Virus record (IMG/VR): IMGVR_UViG_3300028886_000082
Coordinates: 10,243 to 74,242 of that record
DNA from: a virus
Taxonomy: Duplodnaviria > Caudoviricetes
DNA: 64,000 nt
Direction: 5' to 3' (one strand)
Notes under the pieces: generated by a model
What the model was told of the DNA's origin: nothing
Databases searched by the model: none
The model's input: the letters and a program-made list of their open reading frames with translations, nothing else
Part shown: piece after piece, positions 57,403 through 64,000 of the stretch
How the letters are laid out: the number at the start of each line of letters is the position of its first letter
How positions within the stretch are numbered: position 1 is the stretch's first letter
Translations under genes and position numbers: made by a program

Positions 57403-58125
57403 TCAGCCAATGACGGCACGACGGAAGTGCTCTCGCTCTGCCTCGCTTGCATTAGCGTACATCTCCATCGGTGTCACGGGGTCGGCTGTCTTCTCAACCG
57501 CAGGAGCATTGAACTCTATACCATTATTATATCCTCCCTGCAGGTTCGTTGGCTTGACACTGGCTTGGTCTATGGCTGCACCTGCCTGCATAATGGCATT
57601 GGATGCGGATTGCGCTGCATTTGTTATATTCTGCGCTCTCTGCATCTCCCTATTCATATCCATTTGGGCGAATCTCTGCTGCGCCTGCTCATGTTGGCGG
57701 TCTGCGGAGTCCTTTCTGGCCGTGTCTGTGGCTGCAATATTGGCAATGGTATCACCAACCATCTTGTTTCCTGCATCCTTGGCCATCTGTGCGGCTGCAT
57801 CCGTTCCTCCTGCTACGGCCTGCGCTCCTGCTGCCTTCTTCCATTGGCGGTTGGCGAAGTCCTTGGCACGTCTGACGAGGTTCTGCCCTGCTGCGGTATC
57901 CACATAGTTCTCGTTATACCTTCTTGTATATCGTGCATTCTCCTCGGCCTCCTGCCTTCTCTGCCTTGCTTCTGCGGCTTTGGCGGCCTGTGAGGCTTGA
58001 TTCCCACCGATAAGACTACTGGCGAGTCCTGCGGCTGCACCAATCGCAGACATAATCCATTCTTTTCGCGATGGAGAGTAAGACACCATCCCTATTGGCT
58101 GATTTACTACTGCTGAAATCTTCAT
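57403..58125 (-). CDS. putative DNA pilot/ejection protein
   Basis: SAIGAAAGLASSLIGG followed by an Ala/Gln-rich coiled coil. Confidence 0.6.
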   Translation of the reverse strand: MKISAVVNQPIGMVSYSPSRKEWIMSAIGAAAGLASSLIGGNQASQAAKAAEARQRRQEAEENARYTRRYNENYVDTAAGQNLVRRAKDFANRQWKKAAGAQAVAGGTDAAAQMAKDAGNKMVGDTIANIAATDTARKDSADRQHEQAQQRFAQMDMNREMQRAQNITNAAQSASNAIMQAGAAIDQASVKPTNLQGGYNNGIEFNAPAVEKTADPVTPMEMYANASEAEREHFRRAVIG

Positions 58126-58256
58126 AATGTTACCAATTTGTTACTAATTCTTTGCTCTGATGCGCTGAAAAGCCCTATTTAAAGGCTTTTGGAGGGGTTT
58201 TTTGTTAATCCGTTAAGGATTCGAACCCTGCCCATTTTCAGGCCTCTTCTCGGGCG

Positions 58257-58296
58257 CAAATATAAGGGTTTGTGGGAGACCTTTGTCCGTCTCCGA
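58257..58296 (-). promoter_or_regulatory. late promoter of the pilot/lysis/giant-protein operon
   Basis: TCGGAGACGGA-N21-TATATTTG. Confidence 0.7.
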
Positions 58297-58611
58297 TGTC
58301 AGCAACAAAGTTTAACACTTATGTTTTTCGGCGGAAATGGCCGCAATTTGTGCAATCTTTTGCACACCTTATTGTTTTGTCAAACTCTCTTACTTTTTGC
58401 TTAAAAATATAACTCAGTCATTTAGAGCGAGTTAGTCTCCTTGATTCCATAAGGGGAAACACCTAATTTTTGTGGAGATATTTTACTTTGCTTTCTTGGT
58501 ATTAAATTTTTGTTAACGGACAATTGTGTTTAACAAACAGATGTTAAATAAAGGCGAGGTAATTGCATATTTGCAACCAAATACTGGTTGTATTGTTAAT
58601 ATGTTAATTTC

Positions 58612-58836
58612 TCACCTTGTCTTATAGCAATATCCGCAGGGTCTTCTGTGATATTTGGCTTTTGCTTCTTCTATTGTTACTTTTATGATGTCCTTGGAGC
58701 AGTTTTTAAGGCCTCTGCACGTTTCTTTCTTGTGGTAGCACTCGGAGGACTTGCCCATGCAGAGATATACGTATGTTTCGTTATTCTGCTGTGGGGAAAG
58801 GATAAGGAGGAAGAGAGAGATTAAGAGAGGTTTCAT
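58612..58836 (-). CDS. small exported protein with Cys/His metal-binding motif
   Basis: Signal-like N-terminus; VYLC...YH...C..L..C...PCGYC. Confidence 0.7.
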   Translation of the reverse strand: MKPLLISLFLLILSPQQNNETYVYLCMGKSSECYHKKETCRGLKNCSKDIIKVTIEEAKAKYHRRPCGYCYKTR

Positions 58837-58839
58837 AAG

Positions 58840-59265
58840 CTATTTACGCTTTACGATATATTCTGCCGTTTCGCAAATTCCCTCTAATATAGTGCCTGGT
58901 TTAGCATAGAACCAACTAGTGTCATCCATACTATCGAAAGCGTATAGAACTTTCCCTTCTGTGTCGTAGTAGGCATAATTTAAACTTTTAGTCCTATATA
59001 CCTCCAAATCTGCCAATTCTGTGACTATCATATAAGAATACTTATACCATTTTGATTCACCAGTCTCTCTAACACGGTTATTCCTTTCTGCTGATATGTT
59101 TTTAGGAACACATTTCTCAAAGATAATATAGTTATTACCTCTTTGTCTAATAGTGCTGCTTACGTAATAAATATCATTGTCGCTTTCTGCTGCTTTCAAC
59201 CATTCTTGAGCAAAAGAGAATGCAGATATGAGGCACAGAGCCAATAAAACAATATATCTCTTCAT
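58840..59265 (-). CDS. exported protein, surface-adhesin-E-like
   Basis: Signal peptide ending AFSFA; W...DIYY...YYDTEGKVL...W...PGT pattern. Confidence 0.55.
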   Translation of the reverse strand: MKRYIVLLALCLISAFSFAQEWLKAAESDNDIYYVSSTIRQRGNNYIIFEKCVPKNISAERNNRVRETGESKWYKYSYMIVTELADLEVYRTKSLNYAYYDTEGKVLYAFDSMDDTSWFYAKPGTILEGICETAEYIVKRK

Positions 59266-59411
59266 AATTGTCTGCTTTTAGTTATTGATACAAAGAACTG
59301 ATGGCAAAGATAGCAAATAATAGTGAGTAATGATGCGTTTGTGGTTGAGATTTAGGATAAATTAAAAGAAGAGAGCCATTTTAGCCCTCCTCAATTCTTC
59401 GTTAAGACACA

Positions 59412-59660
59412 TCACCCGATTTTGACGTGAATCTTCTTACCGCAGTGTGGACAAGTAATCGTACCTGCATCCTCAAATAACTCTGGAATGCTCACACCCA
59501 ATGCGTCGGCAATTTGGTCTAACTTATCCATACTGAATACATTTCTAGACATTGCTTGCGCTAAAGACGTTCTTTCAATGCCAAGTCGCTTTGCAAGTGT
59601 ATCAAGTGTTATTCCCTTGTCCTTGCAGATCTGTTTAATCACTAGACTTTTATTTGCCAT
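59412..59660 (-). CDS. XRE-family HTH repressor with C-terminal Zn ribbon
   Basis: IKQICKDKGITLDTLAKRLGI...LDQIADALGVSIPELF, CPHCGK. Confidence 0.9.
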   Translation of the reverse strand: MANKSLVIKQICKDKGITLDTLAKRLGIERTSLAQAMSRNVFSMDKLDQIADALGVSIPELFEDAGTITCPHCGKKIHVKIG

Positions 59661-59664
59661 GCTG

Positions 59665-59843
59665 CAAAGGTAAGCAATATTTTTGTATTTGCGAACATTT
59701 TAGCCGTTAATTATACTTAAATGTAGATTTTTTGTGAAATTCTGTTAAATGTGTTATGTGATTGTTAATAATATCTATATTTGCGAACTTTTTCTTGCAA
59801 TTATCTACATATTTGTATATCTTTGCACCGAGTTCTTTGACAT
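59665..59843. promoter_or_regulatory. divergent immunity switch: repressor promoter, early promoter, repeated operator-like boxes, boxA-like element
   Basis: TACCTTTG (59672-59665, minus), TATCTTTG (59818-59825, plus), TATTTGCGAAC at 59686 and 59778, GTTCTTTGACAT at 59832-59843. Confidence 0.65.
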
Positions 59844-60118
59844 GCTTACTTACAGAGAGACGAGGCAAGGATTCTAGGATAGGCAAGAGTATTGGTTACG
59901 AATGAACCGATTAGAAGAGGCTTGTGACACTGGCTTTGGCTAAATTACTCCCGTGAGTCGTGAGATTCCCGTATTGTTGAGGAAAAGCCGTAAAGGGCCA
60001 GTAGATTGGCAAGAGTTGTAATGTGGCTCACATACCTTATATATATGTGAAATGTTCCAAGCCATCAACACAGAGGACAACCTTATTGTTTAACAATTTA
60101 AATATAGGAGATTTTATT

Positions 60119-60409
60119 ATGTTATGTTCAAAGTTGATTATCGCCCTGTGCGATACGGATGACGAAGTTAACAAGTTCGTACACTTCAATCAGAGAGAAT
60201 CATTGGTGAGGTACATGCAGGATTTTACGTTTGGATACAAGCACGTATGCGGTACGCCTAAGCCTAATGCGAATTACCTCATGTGTGATGTCCAGTTGGA
60301 CGGAGCTGTTCCAGACCTGATGTTTGAGCACAAGTCAAAGAGGTATACGTCTTACTTCTACGGTTATCAGATGGAAGAGCCTGCCATACTGACTGGTACT
60401 GCAAGATAA
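60119..60409 (+). CDS. early hypothetical protein
   Basis: ATG after an ataggag-containing leader. Confidence 0.7.
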   Translation: MLCSKLIIALCDTDDEVNKFVHFNQRESLVRYMQDFTFGYKHVCGTPKPNANYLMCDVQLDGAVPDLMFEHKSKRYTSYFYGYQMEEPAILTGTAR

Positions 60410-60427
60410 ATTGAACGGCTTTCATAG

Positions 60428-60706
60428 CTAGGATAGCTTCACTTTCCACGGGGAAGCCTCCGTCTGATGGCTTGTTTTGTATTCAAGTGCATCTGCAATC
60501 GAATTGGGACGGAGGTGCGAGTTATTTACTATTAAAACAAAAGGATCATGAGGTATTTCAGTTATGTACACAAGACTTTCGGTGCAATTAGCATGAGGGT
60601 CAATACTTGGGAGATTGCTTCTTTGTTGAATGTCATTGCAGAGATCAACAAGGGCGGAGAGGTTATCAGTCATGTAACAGTCAAATCGGTTTGAGTTATG
60701 ACACAT
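60428..60706 (-). CDS. hypothetical protein antisense to the early operon
   Basis: 92-aa ORF filling a gap that lacks a plus-strand ORF of 60 aa or more. Confidence 0.5.
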   Translation of the reverse strand: MCHNSNRFDCYMTDNLSALVDLCNDIQQRSNLPSIDPHANCTESLVYITEIPHDPFVLIVNNSHLRPNSIADALEYKTSHQTEASPWKVKLS

Positions 60707-60799
60707 CTTACTTTATTTGAGTTAGTACTGGTGATTGCCAGTGCTATCTCTTACGTTTACGGAGTTTATAACATTATTAATAAATAGGAGGTAGGAAAA

Positions 60800-60946
60800 A
60801 TGAATTTTACTGAAGCAAACGAGATTTGGAAAGCATTAAACGATGTTATGACTAGGGATGCACGTTTTAACGGCTATCGCCCATCAATGACAAGAAACAA
60901 TGATTCCACTTACAAGGTAGAGATTAGAGAGTGTTTTTCTTTTTGA
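60800..60946 (+). CDS. small early hypothetical protein (48 aa)
   Basis: AGGAGGTAGG upstream; MNFTEANEIWKALNDV... Confidence 0.6.
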   Translation: MNFTEANEIWKALNDVMTRDARFNGYRPSMTRNNDSTYKVEIRECFSF

Positions 60947-60966
60947 GTTTAATAAGGAGATAAGTT

Positions 60967-61227
60967 ATGAAAAGAACGACTATTAAGAGCCTCGCTTTGC
61001 AGGCTAACGAGATTGAGAGTGCAGACTACATGGATATTCTTATCCTTGATGTGATTAACGGCAATTATAGCCAACTTCATGAGAGATTGTCAAGCATGAG
61101 CAAGAAAGACTTGCTACGTGTGATTGACGATGTTACATGGCATTTGTACAATAATGAGGGTTTCAATGGTGAGGAACTGATTCGCATCCACAAATATGCG
61201 GTTAAAGCAATGGAGGACAAGATATGA
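60967..61227 (+). CDS. early hypothetical protein
   Basis: AAGGAG upstream; 86 aa. Confidence 0.7.
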   Translation: MKRTTIKSLALQANEIESADYMDILILDVINGNYSQLHERLSSMSKKDLLRVIDDVTWHLYNNEGFNGEELIRIHKYAVKAMEDKI

Positions 61228-61331
61228 TTGACAAGAAATTGGTTTACGGATTGCTTCTGTGTATTGCAGGAGCAATCCTCCTTGTATATGGTCTGTTAGG
61301 TATGTACGTTCAGTTTAGAGTATTATTCTAG
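61224..61331 (+). CDS. 35-aa single-TM peptide
   Basis: ATGA overlap; MIDKKLVYGLLLCIAGAILLVYGLLGMYVQFRVLF. Confidence 0.55.
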   Translation: MIDKKLVYGLLLCIAGAILLVYGLLGMYVQFRVLF

Positions 61332-61348
61332 GCAAATGAGGATTGATT

Positions 61349-61615
61349 ATGGTAGTACAAATAGATTATGTATTTGAATGCCAAGACGGATTCAAGTACG
61401 TTCGTAACACGTTTGAGGAGATAAAAGAGATAGTTGACAAGAACTACAAGGCATTGCAGGAGATTGCAAGCAACGGAGATTCGGTCAACATGGTTTTCGA
61501 CTATTCCCACAAGTATTTCCCGAGTGCTAGGATTTCAGCCTGCATTGGTGGGGTTTGGAAATACTACACTCTACGCACGGAGGTCAAGGAGATAGGCACA
61601 AGGATGCAGGGTTAA
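61349..61615 (+). CDS. early hypothetical protein
   Basis: ORF in the early operon. Confidence 0.7.
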   Translation: MVVQIDYVFECQDGFKYVRNTFEEIKEIVDKNYKALQEIASNGDSVNMVFDYSHKYFPSARISACIGGVWKYYTLRTEVKEIGTRMQG

Positions 61616-61621
61616 AGGCTC

Positions 61622-61650
61622 GATGGCAGGTTCAACTCCTGCCCATCTGC
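61622..61650 (+). other. tRNA T-arm-like hairpin
   Basis: GGCAGG-TTCAACT-CCTGCC just after a stop codon. Confidence 0.55.
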
Positions 61651-61679
61651 AAACTTTTTATTTATTCAATTAATATTTT

Positions 61680-61979
61680 ATGATTATGGAAAAGATTGTA
61701 GACAAGAGTTATTATCGTACAGATGTTTTTGAACCAGTTACCGAAGTTCCTTTCGGCTATTTCGTTTGGGCTATCGGCCGTAAAAACTTTCAGCATGAGA
61801 GGTGCATACCTCTTGCAAAGGAGGGTGATGAGAAATATCACATTGACCCCGAAAGCCTAAAATACATCATGGTCGATACGGAAGACCTTGCTTTGGCAAT
61901 ACTGAAAGAAGCAATAATACATGGTGTTGACAGAGACAAGTTTTTGAAGATGGTCAGAAATAACGCAAAGGAGGGTTGA
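61680..61979 (+). CDS. early hypothetical protein
   Basis: 99-aa ORF. Confidence 0.7.
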   Translation: MIMEKIVDKSYYRTDVFEPVTEVPFGYFVWAIGRKNFQHERCIPLAKEGDEKYHIDPESLKYIMVDTEDLALAILKEAIIHGVDRDKFLKMVRNNAKEG

Positions 61980-61981
61980 TT

Positions 61982-62161
61982 ATGACATACGAGATTACCA
62001 TTTACACAAAGTTCGGGATTAAGTGCTATGACATGGAGGGAGAGAGCGACAAAGCAATGCTCTCTTTCTTCCGTGGGAAGATTGACCACCGCCAGTACAG
62101 AGAGCGAGTGACCATCTACAACAAGGAGACTAATCACGTTGAGTTTATACAGAACTTTTAA
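61982..62161 (+). CDS. early hypothetical protein
   Basis: 59-aa ORF. Confidence 0.6.
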   Translation: MTYEITIYTKFGIKCYDMEGESDKAMLSFFRGKIDHRQYRERVTIYNKETNHVEFIQNF

Positions 62162-62172
62162 TATTTACGACA

Positions 62173-62439
62173 ATGAAGACAAAGACAATTGACGGAATCC
62201 AGTATGAGGTCTATACCGACAATGACTGGTGGAACGACAGAGACTTATCTGTAAAGGTAGGGCAGCTGATTGAGCCGAGTGTATATTTCCAGTTACTTAA
62301 TAGCCTGCCTCCGCATCGTAACGACTGGCTTTTCCAAAGTGGAGAACCCGAAAGCCATGACAGAACTGGTAAGCCTCTGTACAAGACATTTGAGAGTATG
62401 GGAGGACGATACTACAAATATATCGGTCTGATGGCCTAA
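62173..62439 (+). CDS. early hypothetical protein
   Basis: 88 aa; FLNxLPP-like (LLNSLPP) and QSGEP motifs. Confidence 0.7.
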   Translation: MKTKTIDGIQYEVYTDNDWWNDRDLSVKVGQLIEPSVYFQLLNSLPPHRNDWLFQSGEPESHDRTGKPLYKTFESMGGRYYKYIGLMA

Positions 62440-62441
62440 CA

Positions 62442-62488
62442 ACCCTGCATTGGTGCTAGCGCAGGTTCGATTCCTGCGCAGGGTGCAA
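62442..62488 (+). ncRNA. tRNA minihelix mimic (7-bp acceptor stem plus 5-bp T arm, 12-nt connector)
   Basis: ACCCTGC/GCAGGGT and GCAGG-TTCGATT-CCTGC. Confidence 0.6.
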
Positions 62489-62524
62489 TATTTATTGTTT
62501 AACTTAATTATAGGAGATTTGATT

Positions 62525-62956
62525 ATGCCTTACGGAAAAGTGATGTTTTCATCAGCAAATGAGGTTTGGGGAACTCCGCAGGACTTCTTTGACAAACTCA
62601 ATGAAGAATTTCATTTTGATTTAGACCCGTGTGCGCTTCCCGAAAATGCAAAGTGCGAAATGTATTTCACACCCGAGCAGGACGGACTTATACAAGATTG
62701 GGGAGGACACAGAGTATTCTGCAATCCTCCTTATGGGCGGAAGTTAAAGACTTGGGTGCGCAAATGTTATGAAGAGGGACAGAAGCCTAACACAATTGTT
62801 GTTATGTTAATCCCTGCGAGAACTGACACCAGTTTCTTTCATGACTACATCTACCATCATGCAGAGATACGTTTTGTGCGAGGAAGATTAAAGTTTGGAG
62901 GATGCGACGACCCTGCACCATTTCCAAGCATGGTAGTTATATTTGGAAACAATTAA
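62525..62956 (+). CDS. dam: phage DNA N6-adenine methyltransferase (Dam family)
   Basis: WGTPQDFF, FDLDPCA, VFCNPPYG, MLIPARTDT, RGRLKFG, APFPS. Confidence 0.92.
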   Translation: MPYGKVMFSSANEVWGTPQDFFDKLNEEFHFDLDPCALPENAKCEMYFTPEQDGLIQDWGGHRVFCNPPYGRKLKTWVRKCYEEGQKPNTIVVMLIPARTDTSFFHDYIYHHAEIRFVRGRLKFGGCDDPAPFPSMVVIFGNN

Positions 62957-62969
62957 TTTAATATAGATT

Positions 62970-63299
62970 ATGGATTACAATCAATTCCAACCAGTAGAGA
63001 ACATGGACGAAGTAACCCATGTTTTCAAGAAGATTTTCGATGGTGGCAAGAGTTATGGTACGGACACCATCCGCATGGGATTCTACAAGGACTTTGCTCT
63101 AACGGCCAAGGTGGAGGGGAATAAGATATTCTTCTGTATGCCATATTGTGGGCCGATGGCTATGTTGCAGGAGACTTTGGGGAAGGCTCACTTCAACAAG
63201 ACCAATTCTATTATGGTAGTATGCGAGGTTAACGATGATAACACCATGCTTACCGCTACGTTCTATTCAAAGGAGTTTAAACTATTTACGGATTTATAA
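62970..63299 (+). CDS. hypothetical protein
   Basis: 109-aa ORF. Confidence 0.7.
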   Translation: MDYNQFQPVENMDEVTHVFKKIFDGGKSYGTDTIRMGFYKDFALTAKVEGNKIFFCMPYCGPMAMLQETLGKAHFNKTNSIMVVCEVNDDNTMLTATFYSKEFKLFTDL

Positions 63300-63302
63300 T
63301 TT

Positions 63303-63365
63303 ATGAAGAGACTTATATTGACCATCGTGTTTATCATCCTGTTCTTGATAGGACTTTTAGGATGA
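63303..63365 (+). CDS. 20-aa hydrophobic peptide
   Basis: MKRLILTIVFIILFLIGLLG, 3 nt after the upstream stop and followed by a terminator. Confidence 0.45.
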   Translation: MKRLILTIVFIILFLIGLLG

Positions 63366-63372
63366 AAACTTG

Positions 63373-63411
63373 AAATCGGCGACAAAACAAGCTATTTGCC
63401 ACCGATTTTTT
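63373..63411 (+). terminator. intrinsic terminator
   Basis: AAATCGG...CAAA-loop-TTTG...CCGATTT followed by a T-run. Confidence 0.6.
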
Positions 63412-63470
63412 GATTTCAGATTTGATTTTTCAATTTTAATGCTGCGCTATCGGCATGACGGGCAATCATT

Positions 63471-63644
63471 ATGGAAAAGAAGAATTTCGATATATCCTAC
63501 CGCAACGATAGCGGACAGATACTGGAGTGCAGGCAATGCAGCCACATGAGCCAATGGCAGGCTGCACATGAGGCTGAGTTGTATGTCGCATGGGCAGAGT
63601 ATCACTACGGATGCAAGGTATATTTCAGCATCCATGAACAATAA
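63471..63644 (+). CDS. small hypothetical protein (57 aa)
   Basis: MEKKNFDISYRNDSGQILECRQC...; co-oriented with neighbours. Confidence 0.55.
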   Translation: MEKKNFDISYRNDSGQILECRQCSHMSQWQAAHEAELYVAWAEYHYGCKVYFSIHEQ

Positions 63645-63670
63645 TTTATTAATGATTACGTTATACTAAT

Positions 63671-63907
63671 ATGGAAGAAGAACAGAAGATAACCAAACCA
63701 AAAGGCGGTTTCCGTCCGAATGCAGGCCGTAAGCCAAAGGATGGGGTAGGCACAGAATTTATCGGTGTCAAGCTAAACAAAAAGCACGTTCAACTCATAA
63801 AGGACAACTATAAAAACCTATCGGAGTTTATCTCCAAGGCTGTTAAAGAAAAGTTAAGGAGGGAGGGTCTCGTTGATGTGACCCCGAAAAGTTGGACATT
63901 AAATTAA
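63671..63907 (+). CDS. ribbon-helix-helix-like DNA-binding protein
   Basis: GGFRPNAGRKP hook, then IGVKL...NLSEFISKAVKEKL. Confidence 0.7.
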   Translation: MEEEQKITKPKGGFRPNAGRKPKDGVGTEFIGVKLNKKHVQLIKDNYKNLSEFISKAVKEKLRREGLVDVTPKSWTLN

Positions 63908-63936
63908 ACATTAATTATTCAACTCTCTATAGTAGT

Positions 63937-63969
63937 GAGCTCGGTATTGTGCCGGGCTCATTCCTTTTA
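63937..63969 (+). terminator. putative terminator hairpin
   Basis: GAGCTCGGTA-TTG-TGCCGGGCTC followed by a pyrimidine tract. Confidence 0.55.
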
Positions 63970-64000
63970 ACCTCAATTTTAGTCTTTTATTGTTATACCA

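Noticed and set aside
58212-58233. T-loop-like GGGTTCGAATCC on the minus strand
   Set aside because: Weak stem and no acceptor or D arm; probably chance.
1-64000. Stop-codon reassignment or an alternative genetic code
   Set aside because: Genes tile densely in the standard code, including an uninterrupted 15-kb ORF, and TAG, TGA and TAA all end genes.
1-64000. Integrase, att site, transposase or host chromosomal flank
   Set aside because: No recombinase or transposase motifs and no housekeeping genes were recognised.

Overview
The window is most or all of a tailed dsDNA phage genome, podovirus-like and probably temperate. A Bacteroidales (Prevotella-like) host is inferred from TAnnTTTG promoters and gene content. 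Layout: (1) 1-5.1 kb recombination/replication genes (SMC-like ATPase truncated at the window edge, RecT, MBL-fold nuclease, NinB-like, SSB) and a tRNA-like RNA with a 47-nt anticodon loop; (2) 5.1-11.3 kb AT-rich accessory genes, including a cassette-mosaic protein and a membrane-anchored PAP2 acid phosphatase, then two replication-initiation genes; (3) 12.5-15.9 kb minus-strand uncharacterised operon with an HTH gene and a divergent, pseudoknot-capable small RNA; (4) 16-31 kb head genes (capsid with a signal-peptide-like N-terminus, scaffold, portal, four paralogous virion proteins, rhomboid protease, large terminase, gp10-like tail hub); (5) 32-38 kb tail fibre/spike genes; (6) 38.4-58.1 kb minus-strand 5089-aa polyvalent protein (N6-MTase, Strawberry-notch helicase, metallopeptidase, LPD38-like), ejection-type proteins and lysis cassette; (7) 58.6-64 kb XRE repressor, divergent switch and early genes with tRNA-minihelix mimics and a phage Dam. 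No integrase, reverse transcriptase/DGR or CRISPR array was seen. Most notable: three protein-like +1-frame ORFs nested in linkers of the giant gene, each directly after an enzyme-like domain; a TCGGAnWCGGA-N21-TAnnTTTG motif at exactly the four virion-operon promoters; and a rhomboid/capsid-leader pairing. All family calls are by eye from motifs, with no database searches.
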